Source: Peptococcaceae bacterium BICA1-8
GTDB lineage: Bacteria > Bacillota > Peptococcia > Peptococcales > BICA1-8
DNA length: 64,000 nucleotides
Reading direction: 5' to 3'
NCBI GenBank assembly: GCA_000802045.1
Contig: JUEF01000034.1
Span: forward strand, 839-64,838
Shown here piece by piece: positions 29,397 to 39,602 of the stretch. The position numbers were made by a program, and so were the translations under genes. The notes under the pieces are model-generated. The model made no database searches, was not told where the DNA came from, and was given only the letters and a program-made list of their open reading frames with translations. How positions within the stretch are numbered: the first letter of the stretch is position 1; each line of letters starts with the position of its first letter.

Positions 29397-29786
29397 CTAA
29401 ATAATTACTGCACTATCAATGTTAGTAAACACATTAGCTTTCATGTTTTCCCCGTCTAAAGCAGTTATTACAGTTTTATTTTTTACACTTACAACAAAAG
29501 CCATGTCACCCATTAGAATCAAGGATTCTTTAGCACCCTTTTCGGCGGCTTTATCTACGGCAGTGTTAAGCTTAGTTATAGCATCCTTGTTTAACTCTAT
29601 ATTTCTCAAAGATAAACGTTCTTGAGCGTGCTTAGAAAATTTTAACTCCTGGGTTTTAACCATTTGGTTTTGTAAAATTTCCTGAAAACGGCCATTAACT
29701 TGGTTGTTTCTTATTTTCCCTTTACCTTTTTCTGAAGGTTGACTTATTGGACCGATAGGCTGCTGAATAAAAAATTTATCATTCAT
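29397..29786 (-). CDS. small conserved flagellar operon protein (the type found between flgD and flgE in Firmicutes)
   Basis: 129 aa counted from the ATG at 29786 (MNDKFFIQQPIGPI...FSKHAQERLSLRNIEL...). This overlaps the flgD stop by 8 nt. The call rests on position and on the FSKHAQERL motif as I remember it. Confidence 0.6.
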   Translation of the reverse strand: MNDKFFIQQPIGPISQPSEKGKGKIRNNQVNGRFQEILQNQMVKTQELKFSKHAQERLSLRNIELNKDAITKLNTAVDKAAEKGAKESLILMGDMAFVVSVKNKTVITALDGENMKANVFTNIDSAVII

Positions 29787-30276
29787 TTTCTTCACCTGCA
29801 TTACCATCAGCATTTTCAACTGGAGCTATTGGATTACCTATCTCGGTAATATCACTAATCTTTACTTCTATACCGTTTATTAAAGCGATTGGCCCTTTCT
29901 CGGTGAATCGAACCTTATCAACAATTCCAATAACATTTTCTCCATTAGCATCCTGCCCTACTATATCTTTGCCTATCAAACTTAAACCACCAAGGGTAGA
30001 CTGCCAGGAGCTAAAACTTGATAATAGTTCATATTGAGATACTAAAAGACTTTCTATTCCATTTTCGAAGGTTTTGTTCAAGTTTTGCATTTGCTCCAAT
30101 GTTGAAAACTGAGCAGTTTGAGCAATGAATTCTTTGTCCTGCATAGGATTTAAAGGATCTTGGTACTTAAGCTGAGTTACTAAAAGTTTTAAAAAATCAT
30201 CTTTATCAAGAGTCTGGTTATCCTTTTTCTGAAGCTGGCCTTGGGAATTACCACTGCTTATACCTTCTAAATTCAT
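29779..30276 (-). CDS. flgD: flagellar hook capping/assembly protein FlgD
   Basis: 165 aa with LDKDDFLKLLVTQLKYQDPLNPM. Confidence 0.9.
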   Translation of the reverse strand: MNLEGISSGNSQGQLQKKDNQTLDKDDFLKLLVTQLKYQDPLNPMQDKEFIAQTAQFSTLEQMQNLNKTFENGIESLLVSQYELLSSFSSWQSTLGGLSLIGKDIVGQDANGENVIGIVDKVRFTEKGPIALINGIEVKISDITEIGNPIAPVENADGNAGEENE

Positions 30277-30291
30277 TTCCCGACCTCCTTT

Positions 30292-31755
30292 CTAAGCAAA
30301 CAATTCCAAACCTTTTAGCATCCTTTTTTCTTGGTTTATGTTCTCCGCCTTACTATACCCATCAATTTCTATTTCCTTTTTCCGGTTATTTGAAGATCGC
30401 AATTTGCTTTGAGTACCATTTTTAGGATTGTTAAACGGGTTATGGTTTTGTCCCATCAATTGGTTAAAACTGGTGTCAGTACCTACTTCTACATTAATAC
30501 TTGTACATTTAATACCTTGATTTGCTAGATTCTGTTTTAAATAACCTAGATTTTGTTCTACCATTTCCCGAGCTCGAACATTTTCGGTAAGTATTTTAAC
30601 ACTTACTTGTCCATCCTGAGCCAATAACTGTAAAGTTATTTTTCCTAGTTCTGCTGGTTTTAGCCTCAAATTGAGCTCTGATGAACCAGTTAATTTATTA
30701 AATTTAACTTTATTGCCTATCTGCTTCATTAGAAACTCTGGCAATTCTTTTGGTGATATAACTGGCTCCTGTGGAAACTTTAAATTTTCGCCTTCAATGT
30801 CAGGTTCAAATAGTTGTCCATTTGTTAGAGAAAAATGGGAATTGGATTCTTTGGATAAAAAAGAGCTCGAAAGGTTTTCACTTTTAGTTTGTTTTATGTC
30901 TTTACCCTGGAAAGTTAGCAAATTCTCTTCTTGTTCTAATAGAAGGGAAGCTGTAATCGGTCCGCGCAGAGCATTATTAACGCTTTCTTTATTAACCTGT
31001 ATTACTTCGTTACCCTGGATGCTTGGTAAATTTACATTTTGTTCTAACCGAATGGGCGGTTTGTTTTGCATCTCATTTAAAGCAAATATGCTTTTCTTTA
31101 TCACAGAAGTCTCTGTAATGTTCGCAGGGCTAACCTTGTCCAAACTCTTAAATTGAATTTTACTATCCTGGTCTTCAGCTTCGAAAATTAGATTTTGCCC
31201 TTTGTTAACCTCAAATAATTTCAAAGAATTATCTTCTAGTGATTTACTCTGCACTGCCTCTTGGGTCAAATTCTTTCCACCTATTTCAATTTTGTGCAAA
31301 AGACCATTTCCTTTAAACTCAGGAAGGTTAGATTTGCCTTCATTTAAAGAATGTTCTTCTAAAATAGAATCTGCTTGTCCTAGATGGGAATTCTGTTTAT
31401 TTAATGTGCTAGTTGTATTAATAGGCAAGTCTGCTATAAACTGATAGAATTCTTCTGCTTCCCACTTTTCCCCATCTTCAGTTAAAAAAATTAATTTCTT
31501 TTCATTGTTTAACATATCCTGAACAAGACAAGGATTTAAAGTTGCGCTTTCCGTACTAGCAGGAGCATCAACTCTAGTCTGGTTTAACATATCTTTTGGA
31601 AAGCTTGAGTTCAAAATGGTTTCTGAAGAAAGAAATTGACTTAAAGCCTGCAAAAAATCAGAATCCTTTTCTAACAGCAACTTTTCAGTTTTATTAAGCA
31701 AGCCATTGCCTTTTTGTTGAGGAGCCCGCGAATTTAATAACTGCATCATTTCCAT
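30292..31755 (-). CDS. fliK: flagellar hook-length control protein FliK
   Basis: C-terminal Flg_hook-type domain (LNLRLKPAELGKITLQLLAQDGQVSVKILTENVRAREMVEQNL) after a long low-conservation N-terminal part. I chose the ATG at 31755, after GGGGGTG. Confidence 0.8.
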   Translation of the reverse strand: MEMMQLLNSRAPQQKGNGLLNKTEKLLLEKDSDFLQALSQFLSSETILNSSFPKDMLNQTRVDAPASTESATLNPCLVQDMLNNEKKLIFLTEDGEKWEAEEFYQFIADLPINTTSTLNKQNSHLGQADSILEEHSLNEGKSNLPEFKGNGLLHKIEIGGKNLTQEAVQSKSLEDNSLKLFEVNKGQNLIFEAEDQDSKIQFKSLDKVSPANITETSVIKKSIFALNEMQNKPPIRLEQNVNLPSIQGNEVIQVNKESVNNALRGPITASLLLEQEENLLTFQGKDIKQTKSENLSSSFLSKESNSHFSLTNGQLFEPDIEGENLKFPQEPVISPKELPEFLMKQIGNKVKFNKLTGSSELNLRLKPAELGKITLQLLAQDGQVSVKILTENVRAREMVEQNLGYLKQNLANQGIKCTSINVEVGTDTSFNQLMGQNHNPFNNPKNGTQSKLRSSNNRKKEIEIDGYSKAENINQEKRMLKGLELFA

Positions 31756-31790
31756 ATATTCACCCCCTTTCAGTAAATTCAAATGTCTCA

Positions 31791-32333
31791 CTAATTATTA
31801 TCGGTTAAAAGTCTAGTTAATTTAGCAACTCTTAGAGGTTCTAATTCTGCTAAGATTTTAGCTGCAATATTAGCATCTAACTTGACTAAAATATCTAAAA
31901 TAATTTCATCATCCAAATTATCAAATATAGGGGCAATTTCTTTGGGTTTCATTTGACTGTAATATTCAACCATTTTTGTAGAACTTACTTCTTTTTCTTC
32001 TATAGTCTTAATTTTGTTTTCTAATTCTGCAATCTGATTATTATAATCGACAATATCTTCTTGATACTTCATCTCTATGGTCTGAAAGTTAGCTAACTGG
32101 CTCTCTAATTCTTGAATTTTTTCTTTTAAAACTTTATTTTCGTCTTCCAAGGGGGATATTTCCATACTTACCCCATCATCTTCAACTGCATAGTAACCTC
32201 CGATTATCGGTAGATCAGCTAGAATCGGTGTTAAGTTTAACAATCCTGCAGCATGGGATCCCCATAAAGCACCAATTAACGCAAATATAATACATATAAT
32301 TACTATGTTAATAGGTATCTTAGGAAATTTCAC
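31791..32333 (-). CDS. MotE/YlxF-like protein (MgtE-N-like C-terminus)
   Basis: 180 aa with an N-terminal TM segment, a coiled coil and a C-terminus PKEIAPIFDNLDDEIILDILVKLDANIAAKILAEL. Same position as Bacillus ylxF. Confidence 0.6.
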   Translation of the reverse strand: MKFPKIPINIVIICIIFALIGALWGSHAAGLLNLTPILADLPIIGGYYAVEDDGVSMEISPLEDENKVLKEKIQELESQLANFQTIEMKYQEDIVDYNNQIAELENKIKTIEEKEVSSTKMVEYYSQMKPKEIAPIFDNLDDEIILDILVKLDANIAAKILAELEPLRVAKLTRLLTDNN

Positions 32334-32786
32334 TTATAATCCCCCTGCAGAAGTATAGAATAATTTAGTAGCTATTTCATCTAATTCTTTTTGCATGCTT
32401 TTTTGTTCTTCAAGCAAATAACTAGAATGTTGATTTTCCTTTAGCCGTTCTAAAATTTTTCTTTTTTTCATAGCTTCTTGTAAATTTTCTCGGGATTTTT
32501 CTACCTGTTCTTCCAATAAAATAACCTGCCTCTGCTTATTTTCAACTTCTTTTTTTAAATACTGACAATATTGGTGATTACATATTAGCTTATGGATGGA
32601 TATTTTTCCTTTCTGGTCTTCAACTAAAGAACGAAGGGCATGGGTTTGCTTATGAGAGTATATTAGAAGCTGTTTCTGGCCATCTTTAAGTTCCATAAGA
32701 CAGAGAGACAAGCTTTTTTTTGCGTCTTCTTCTCGGTGAGTAGCAATATTTAATAATATCTCTAGACGAAAAGTGAATTTACCCAT
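32334..32786 (-). CDS. fliJ: flagellar export chaperone FliJ
   Basis: 150 aa all-helical coiled coil (FRLEILLNI...REEDAKKSL), directly after fliI. Confidence 0.75.
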   Translation of the reverse strand: MGKFTFRLEILLNIATHREEDAKKSLSLCLMELKDGQKQLLIYSHKQTHALRSLVEDQKGKISIHKLICNHQYCQYLKKEVENKQRQVILLEEQVEKSRENLQEAMKKRKILERLKENQHSSYLLEEQKSMQKELDEIATKLFYTSAGGL

Positions 32787-32806
32787 TTATCATTCCAACC
32801 TTTATT

Positions 32807-34117
32807 TTATATTCCTATATCCTTACAAAGCAGTTTTAAGCTTTCTTCCGCCTGAGAGAACAGAATCTTTTCATCCACTTTCTGTATGAGAAAACGGTTA
32901 AAATCTTCAATCCTTGAAAGAGCTAAGTCTATTTCACTATTTGTTCCATTAACATAAGCACCTACATCAATTAAGTCCTTTGCTTCATAATAAACAGCTA
33001 ATAATTTGCGGAATTTCGATGAATTCCCATAGTGATTTTCGGAAATAATATTCGGCATTACTCTACTTATACTATTCAATACATCTATAGCAGGATAATG
33101 GTTTAAAGCAGCTAGTTTTCGGGATAAAATAATATGCCCATCTAGGATACCCCGTACAGCATCTGATATGGGTTCATTAATATCATCACCATCAACTAAA
33201 ACAGTATATAATGCTGTTATTGCACCTTTATCGGATGTGCCAGATCTTTCTAATAATTTTGGCAAAGTAGCAAAAACGGATGGTGTATAACCTCTTGTAG
33301 CAGGAGGTTCTCCAATAGCTAATCCTACTTCCCTAAGTGCCATAGCAAACCGAGTTACTGAATCCATCATTAATAATACATTTTGACCTTGATCACGGAA
33401 GTATTCAGCAATTGCAGTAGCTACATATGCACCTTTTATTCTATAAAGCGCAGGTTGATCCGAGGAAGCCACAATAACGACGGAACGTTTTAAACCCTCT
33501 TCACCTAAGTCTAGTTCCAAAAACTCCCTTACTTCTCGACCTCTCTCCCCGATTAATGCAATTACATTTATATCAGCTTTAGTATTTCTCGCTATCATTC
33601 CTAAAAGGGTGCTTTTACCTACACCACTACCCGCGAAAATCCCCATTCTCTGTCCTATTCCACAAGTAATTAAACCATCTAAAGCTTTAACACCTAACTC
33701 TAGGGGTTGAGTTATCCTTTGCCGTTCTAAAGGATGGGGCGGTTTTTTCTCTAAAGGATAACTAATGCCTTCAATCTTTCCCATACTGTCTAATGGCTGT
33801 CCTAGCCCATCTAATACTCTGCCAATAAGATTAGCTCCCACCTTTACTTTCAAGGAATGACCGGATGCAATCACTTCAGATCCTGGCCTTATACCCTGAA
33901 AATTCCCCAGAGGCATAAGCAAAGTCTTTTTATCCTTAAAACCTACTACTTCTGCAGGGATGAACCCCTTTCCTAACCTTATATAGCATAATTCACCAAT
34001 TGAAGTCCTAGGACCGTAAGAATGGATAATATAACCAATAATCTCTGCAACAAAGCCTTTCATTGTTTCCAGTGATGCTTCCTTAACAATAGAATAGTAT
34101 TTATCCAAATTAACCAA
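32807..34117 (-). CDS. fliI: flagellum-specific ATPase FliI
   Basis: 436 aa with Walker A GSGVGKST, Walker B LLMMDSVTR and an F1-beta-like fold. Confidence 0.96.
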   Translation of the reverse strand: MVNLDKYYSIVKEASLETMKGFVAEIIGYIIHSYGPRTSIGELCYIRLGKGFIPAEVVGFKDKKTLLMPLGNFQGIRPGSEVIASGHSLKVKVGANLIGRVLDGLGQPLDSMGKIEGISYPLEKKPPHPLERQRITQPLELGVKALDGLITCGIGQRMGIFAGSGVGKSTLLGMIARNTKADINVIALIGERGREVREFLELDLGEEGLKRSVVIVASSDQPALYRIKGAYVATAIAEYFRDQGQNVLLMMDSVTRFAMALREVGLAIGEPPATRGYTPSVFATLPKLLERSGTSDKGAITALYTVLVDGDDINEPISDAVRGILDGHIILSRKLAALNHYPAIDVLNSISRVMPNIISENHYGNSSKFRKLLAVYYEAKDLIDVGAYVNGTNSEIDLALSRIEDFNRFLIQKVDEKILFSQAEESLKLLCKDIGI

Positions 34118-34835
34118 AACTTTCCACTTCCCTAAGAACTTCTTTAAGTTTTTCTAGCTGATCATTAATTTTTGCTGTAACAATCCCTGTTTCTGAAACA
34201 ACAATACAATCCCCTTTATTCAAAGTACAATCTGCTTCTATATTTAGAAGTCCTTTATTCAAAATTGACTTAAGCTCTCCCTCTTTATGTCGAAATTGTT
34301 CATAATCAGCAGTACTTAATTTTACCGTTACCTGCGTAGAATCTTGTACTATTCGTAGTAAATCTTCAATAATATTTTGAGTGACTTCCGGCTTATTTTC
34401 TAATTGGCTCCTGATTATTTTTTCTGCTAACTTTAGAGCGAAATCAATTATTTCGCCTTCCATCTGAGCTAAAAGGTTTTTTCTTTCGGCATATGCCTTC
34501 TGTATGATATCATTGGCTAGATTTTTTAAGTCCTCTACTTTAGCTTGGCCTATTTCTTTTCCCTTCTCTAGACCTTCTAGGTGAGCCTTTGATTTAATTT
34601 CATCAGCTTCCTTATTAGCAGACTTAAGAATTTTTTTAGCTTCACAATTAGCCTCAAAAATTATCCTTTCAGCTTTAGCCTTTGACTCATTAATTAAGTC
34701 CTCTACCATTATTTTTGCTTCCTGATAGAGCATTTCCATGTTTTCTTTCGTTAACCCATCCTTAGAGGATTCCTGAGGAGCAGCCTTTTCATCACAAATA
34801 ACTATTAAATGGCTAGCTTTAATAATTTTAGACAA
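34110..34835 (-). CDS. fliH: flagellar assembly protein FliH
   Basis: 241 aa, E/K-rich coiled coil with a FliH C-terminal domain. Overlaps fliG and fliI by 8 nt each. Confidence 0.8.
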   Translation of the reverse strand: MSKIIKASHLIVICDEKAAPQESSKDGLTKENMEMLYQEAKIMVEDLINESKAKAERIIFEANCEAKKILKSANKEADEIKSKAHLEGLEKGKEIGQAKVEDLKNLANDIIQKAYAERKNLLAQMEGEIIDFALKLAEKIIRSQLENKPEVTQNIIEDLLRIVQDSTQVTVKLSTADYEQFRHKEGELKSILNKGLLNIEADCTLNKGDCIVVSETGIVTAKINDQLEKLKEVLREVESFG

Positions 34836-35868
34836 TTAATTCATCACCCCCGCCTCTAGAGATGACTATTTCTCCCGACTCTTCTAAGCGTCTAATAACT
34901 CCAACTATTCTTTGTTGTGCTTCTTCTACATCCCTTAAGCGAACTGGTCCCATAAATTCTAGTTCTTCCTCAATTAATTCAGCAGCTCGTTTAGACATAT
35001 TCTTTTTAACTTTATTCTTAACATCCTCGCTAGAACCTTTAAGGGCTAAGGCTAAATCCTTCTGATCAACTTCTCGTAAAACCTGCTGTATTGAACGATC
35101 ATCGAGATGAATAATATCTTCAAAGACAAACATTAATTTTTTAATTTCCTCAGCCAGGTCCGGATCTTGGACTTCTAAGGTTTCCATAATTGTTTTTTCA
35201 GTTGTCCTGTCAACCCTATTTAGGATTTGTACAACCGTTGCTATTCCACCGGCAATGCTAAAATCATGGGTAACTAAATTGCTAAATTTTTTCTCCAATA
35301 CAGTTTCAACCTCTTTAATAATTTCGGGAGATGTTCTATCTAAAATAGCAATTCTCCTAGCAACTTCTGCTTGCAATTCGGCTGGTAAGGAAGAAATGAC
35401 GACCGCTGACTGTTCTGAGTCTAGGTACGCCATAATTAGGGCTATCGTCTGCGGATGTTCACCCTGAAGAAAGCTTAATAATTGTGAAGGATCTGCCTTT
35501 CTAATAAAATCAAAAGGTCTTACTTGTAAAGATGAAGTAAGTCTATTTATGATGTTTATTGCTTTTTGATTTCCTAATGCTTTTTCTAATACTTCTTTGG
35601 CATAATCGATGCCGCCTTTTGCTATATATTCATTGGCCATGTATAATTGATAAAACTCATCGAAAATTTTTTCTCTTTGCTCACTAGGAATTTTACGTAT
35701 ATTAGCAATTTCTAAAGTTATTTGCTCTATTTCCTCATCATTAAAATGCTTCATAATCTGAGCAGACCGCTCCGGTCCTAAGCCAATAAGCAGCATGGCA
35801 GCTTTTTGTCGTCCTGTTGTTTTTTCAACACGAGCCAAACTAATCACCTCGAATCTTCTGTTAACCAT
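34828..35868 (-). CDS. fliG: flagellar motor switch protein FliG
   Basis: QKAAMLLIGLG, the EHPQTIALI-type armadillo motif and the MFVFEDI motif are present. The more likely start is the TTG at 35838, 6 nt after GAGGTG (336 aa), which removes the overlap with fliF. Confidence 0.93.
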   Translation of the reverse strand: MVNRRFEVISLARVEKTTGRQKAAMLLIGLGPERSAQIMKHFNDEEIEQITLEIANIRKIPSEQREKIFDEFYQLYMANEYIAKGGIDYAKEVLEKALGNQKAINIINRLTSSLQVRPFDFIRKADPSQLLSFLQGEHPQTIALIMAYLDSEQSAVVISSLPAELQAEVARRIAILDRTSPEIIKEVETVLEKKFSNLVTHDFSIAGGIATVVQILNRVDRTTEKTIMETLEVQDPDLAEEIKKLMFVFEDIIHLDDRSIQQVLREVDQKDLALALKGSSEDVKNKVKKNMSKRAAELIEEELEFMGPVRLRDVEEAQQRIVGVIRRLEESGEIVISRGGGDELIV

Positions 35869-37403
35869 GTCCTAATGACTTTTGCCATATTATCGGGTTG
35901 AGTCTTAGCAATTTTTTCTATTCTCTTTTGTATCTCTATTTTCTCCTGTTCCTGCGGGCTTAACTGAGTATATATGTCATCACTATTAGTGGGTATTGTC
36001 CCAGCTAATGGATTAGGCTTTGACGTCTTCACAAAACCTCTTTTGGCTAAAAGGAAAACAAGAGCTAAAACTGCTAAAATGCCCAATCCCATAACTCCAT
36101 ACTTAATCAGTTCGAGCATATTCTGACGAGCTGTTTCTTTTGCCAACTGTTCTTGCAGTTGATTATAGCCTTCAGTATTAAAAGCTAAACTAGAAATGCT
36201 TATCATATCCCCTCTAGCCTCATTAATACCCGCAGCCCTAGCTATAATATTTTGAATATTTGTTTCTTCCTCTTCAGTCATCTGACCGTCAAGAATAACA
36301 GCAATTGACAATCTTTTGACTTCACCTGGAGCTTTCTTCCGTGTTTCTAAAAATCTATCTATTTCATAATTACGTATTATTTCAGATGTTTCCGAACTTG
36401 TTTCCCCGGTCTCCGCATTTTGGTAACTAGGCATATCGGTTAGGTTACTCTCTGTACCAGGTATCCCAGTACTAGGATTTGCAGAACCTTCTTGGGAATT
36501 TTCGTTGATTTGTTCACTGCGTAATACCTTATCGCCGAACTCCTCTTTACTACTTTCTACTTGATCAAAGTCCAATTCTACACTAGCCCTAACAACAGCC
36601 TTTCCTGGACCTAAAACTTTCTCTAGCATAGATTGTAGAGATTTAGAAAGGTTATCTTCGAATTGTTTTTTGATTACTGTTTGGTTTACAGATAGACTAG
36701 CTGTTAAAAAGTCACCGTTCTCTTCTCTTGCAATTCCTTCTGATAAGAGGTTGCCAAATACATCAATTACAGTAACATTTTCCGGCAATAAACCTTCTAC
36801 ACTATTGGCAAGAAAGAAAATTATTGATCTAACTTTAGACGTATCCATATCGGCATAAGGTTTAAGTTTCAACAACACAGAAGCAGTGGCTAGTTTGCTT
36901 TCCCGTACAAATAAGGATGGTTCTGGTAACACAATATGTACTTTCGCCGAGTCTACCTCTGCCATTTGCTGAATAGTTCTGGTTAATTCCCCTTGCAATG
37001 CAGCTAGGTACCTTACTCTTTTATCAGTATCGGTTTCACCAAATCTTGTCTCGTTAAAGCTTTCAAAGCCGATTACCCCACCCTGAGGCATTTCATTTGC
37101 AAGGTCTAATCTAAGTTGATGCTTTAGATTAGTAGGAACTAAAATTGTAGTACCATTTTTATCTAACTTATAATCTGTCTTCATATCTTTAAGCTTAGCA
37201 GCAATCATGGCTGAATCGTTTAAATTCAAATCAGGATAAAGAGGTTCGTAAGCAGTTCGACCAAGAAAAAAAGCAGAAAACAATAATAAACTAAAAACAA
37301 GGATACTAACCCCTAGGGTAACTACCTGTTGAGATTTATTGAGATTTACCCAAATATTTTTTAATTGTTCTAGCAGTTGTTGCAAAAAAGTCACAAATTC
37401 CAC
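35844..37403 (-). CDS. fliF: flagellar MS-ring protein FliF
   Basis: 519 aa YscJ/FliF family with two TM segments flanking a large periplasmic region. GTG start at 37403 or 37394. Confidence 0.93.
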   Translation of the reverse strand: MEFVTFLQQLLEQLKNIWVNLNKSQQVVTLGVSILVFSLLLFSAFFLGRTAYEPLYPDLNLNDSAMIAAKLKDMKTDYKLDKNGTTILVPTNLKHQLRLDLANEMPQGGVIGFESFNETRFGETDTDKRVRYLAALQGELTRTIQQMAEVDSAKVHIVLPEPSLFVRESKLATASVLLKLKPYADMDTSKVRSIIFFLANSVEGLLPENVTVIDVFGNLLSEGIAREENGDFLTASLSVNQTVIKKQFEDNLSKSLQSMLEKVLGPGKAVVRASVELDFDQVESSKEEFGDKVLRSEQINENSQEGSANPSTGIPGTESNLTDMPSYQNAETGETSSETSEIIRNYEIDRFLETRKKAPGEVKRLSIAVILDGQMTEEEETNIQNIIARAAGINEARGDMISISSLAFNTEGYNQLQEQLAKETARQNMLELIKYGVMGLGILAVLALVFLLAKRGFVKTSKPNPLAGTIPTNSDDIYTQLSPQEQEKIEIQKRIEKIAKTQPDNMAKVIRTWLTEDSR

Positions 37404-37417
37404 CCCAGACTATGTTA

Positions 37418-37708
37418 TTAGAGCTGCATCCGCATAATTTCCTGATAAGCTTCAACAAGTTTGTTTCTCACTTCAATAGTTAATTGTAAAGCTAATTGAG
37501 CTTTTTCCATTCCTATCATTACATCATGTATATCAATGTTAGGATGACCAGAAGCAAAAGCTATAGCTGTAGAATCTGCACTATTTTGAAGATTATTCAC
37601 TTCTGCAAGAGCCTGCTCTAAAACATCTTTAAATCCTGTAGAAATTTTTTTATCCTCTAAACTTTGCATCGTTTCAGTCCTGATGGGTTGAATTGATGAG
37701 ATTTTCAT
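37418..37708 (-). CDS. fliE: flagellar hook-basal body protein FliE
   Basis: 96 aa with C-terminus MIGMEKAQLALQLTIEVRNKLVEAYQEIMRMQL. Confidence 0.87.
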   Translation of the reverse strand: MKISSIQPIRTETMQSLEDKKISTGFKDVLEQALAEVNNLQNSADSTAIAFASGHPNIDIHDVMIGMEKAQLALQLTIEVRNKLVEAYQEIMRMQL

Positions 37709-37794
37709 TTATCTCCTCCATTTAGATATACTAGCAAATCGCCATTAAAACCCCCGCCTCCAAAAGAAAAATTACCTCTGATCTATTTTTTATA

Positions 37795-38235
37795 TTATCC
37801 TCTACCAATTTCCAAAGCCTTAAAGGCCATAGATTTAGCGGAATTTAAGGCAGCAACATTAGCTTCATAAGCTCGGGTTGCGCTAATCATATCTACCATT
37901 TCTTTTACAATGTCGACATTAGGCATAGCTACATAGCCTTTCTGTTGACCTTCCTGAATAGCATCAGGGTGTTCAGGATTATATACTAATTTAAAAGGAG
38001 CCTTATCTTCTACTATCTTATCTACTTTAACACCCTGTTGGAGATTACTTTCTCTTTTTAAAGTGTTTTCAAAACTCCTATAAGGTGAAAAAACAACCAT
38101 TTTCCGTCTATAAGGTCCTCCTGTGGATGTTCTTGTTGTTTCAGCATTAGAGATATTGTCAGCTATAACATCCATTCTTAGCCTTTCCGCCGATAATCCT
38201 GAAGCGCTAACTTTAAAAGTGCTAAAAAGAGACAT
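37795..38235 (-). CDS. flgC: flagellar basal-body rod protein FlgC
   Basis: 146 aa with SASGLSAERLRMDVIADNISNA and the C-terminal rod motif. Confidence 0.93.
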   Translation of the reverse strand: MSLFSTFKVSASGLSAERLRMDVIADNISNAETTRTSTGGPYRRKMVVFSPYRSFENTLKRESNLQQGVKVDKIVEDKAPFKLVYNPEHPDAIQEGQQKGYVAMPNVDIVKEMVDMISATRAYEANVAALNSAKSMAFKALEIGRG

Positions 38236-38241
38236 CTACAC

Positions 38242-38658
38242 TTACCTCCCCCCGCGAATGACGGATTTTAATTGAGAAAACTTTCCATTAATGGTCTGGG
38301 ACAATACATTAAACTTAACCGTATTTTCCGCTAGGATAGAAAGTTCTAAATCTATATCAACATTATTTCCGTCAGTTCTAAGGATTGCTTTATCTTCCTT
38401 TACCTCTGGTTTTATCACCGAGTAATCCCGATTTTCGGAAGTAATATGTTGAGGGTTAGTTTTTCTTAAAGGCGTGATTTTTTGTGAGTTAAGCAAATGT
38501 TTCCCCAGTTCTTCTTCAAAATTAACTAACTGCCTTTTATAATTGGGGGTATTGATATTTGCAATATTATTTGAGATGGTTTTATGTCTTAAGGAAACCG
38601 CATCTAGAGATGTTCTTAAGATATCCATGGTTTTGTTTTGCCAAAATCCGTCACTCAT
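38242..38658 (-). CDS. flgB: flagellar basal-body rod protein FlgB
   Basis: 138 aa with ISNNIANINTPNYKR. First gene of the fla/che operon. Confidence 0.9.
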   Translation of the reverse strand: MSDGFWQNKTMDILRTSLDAVSLRHKTISNNIANINTPNYKRQLVNFEEELGKHLLNSQKITPLRKTNPQHITSENRDYSVIKPEVKEDKAILRTDGNNVDIDLELSILAENTVKFNVLSQTINGKFSQLKSVIRGGR

Positions 38659-38754
38659 AGCAATTAGCCTCCTAAATTGACATACTTTACCGTACTTCTA
38701 TATTTATTATTCTATATTACTAAAAAAAACCCTTTTTCGACAGGAATAAATAAC

Positions 38755-38782
38755 AAAAAAACCCCAGCTTTTTACTGGGGTT
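38755..38782 (-). terminator. rho-independent terminator of codY
   Basis: Stem AACCCCAG / CTGGGGTT (38760-38767 / 38775-38782) followed on the minus strand by TTTTTGTTATTT. Lies 16 nt after the codY stop. Confidence 0.7.
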
Positions 38783-38797
38783 ACAAAATTCTTGCTT

Positions 38798-39577
38798 TTA
38801 TTTTAGTTTTTCTAACTCGTCTAATAAGTTTTCATTCAAAACCCTTATATATGTGCCTTTCATGCCTAAGGATTTTGATTCAATTACTCCTGCACTTTCA
38901 AATTTTCTAAGTGCATTAACGATAACGGATCTAGTAATACCTACACGATCAGCGATCTTGCTTGCTACTAAAAGACCTTCGGAACCTTCTAATTCTGCGA
39001 AAATATGCTCAATAGCTTCTAACTCAGAATAGGACAAAGTGCCAATAGCAATTTGTACAGCAGCTTTCTTTCTAGCTTCATCTTCGATTTTCTCTGTTTT
39101 AGCTCTTAAAATTTCCATACCAACAACAGTTGCACCATATTCAGCTAATATTAAATCTGACTCTACAAATTCATCGTTAAATTTAGCTAAAAGTAGGGTA
39201 CCTTGTCTTTCCCCACCGCCCATAATAGGAACTATAGTGGAAATTTTTCCACCAAATTCGCAGCCTAAAGGTCCCTCAAAAACACATTTATTTTTATCGG
39301 ATTTGAGATTGGCTTGAGTTTGATTAGCTCGTAGTAAATTTTCATTGTAATCTTCAGGAAATCTTTCTGTTTCACTAATAATTTCCTCTATTGTTTCACA
39401 TTGAAAACCTTCAACAAAAGCATACCCTAAAATTTTCCCTCTTCTGCCAACAATATAAACATTGCATTCTGTCATACTACTTAAAACTACAGCAATTTCT
39501 TTAAAATCTACTGGATGCCCTGCACTTTTTTGTAACAACTTATTTACCGCACGGGTTTTTTCCAGGAGCGTTTTCAT
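38798..39577 (-). CDS. codY: GTP/BCAA-sensing pleiotropic repressor CodY
   Basis: 259 aa with an N-terminal GAF-like domain and a C-terminal w[33 protein letters not shown]. Confidence 0.96.
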   Translation of the reverse strand: MKTLLEKTRAVNKLLQKSAGHPVDFKEIAVVLSSMTECNVYIVGRRGKILGYAFVEGFQCETIEEIISETERFPEDYNENLLRANQTQANLKSDKNKCVFEGPLGCEFGGKISTIVPIMGGGERQGTLLLAKFNDEFVESDLILAEYGATVVGMEILRAKTEKIEDEARKKAAVQIAIGTLSYSELEAIEHIFAELEGSEGLLVASKIADRVGITRSVIVNALRKFESAGVIESKSLGMKGTYIRVLNENLLDELEKLK

Positions 39578-39602
39578 ATCTATTCCTCCTTTCCTTGCAA
39601 AA

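Noticed and set aside
10619-31444. Many 60-160 aa plus-strand ORFs inside the fla/che operon, for example 10619-11017, 17059-17391, 23754-24086, 30671-31156 and 31202-31444
   Set aside because: All are antisense to well-supported flagellar and chemotaxis genes. They are Ser/Phe/Cys/Leu-rich, as expected for the reverse complement of Lys/Glu-rich coding sequence, and they have no SD sequences. I treat them as shadow ORFs.
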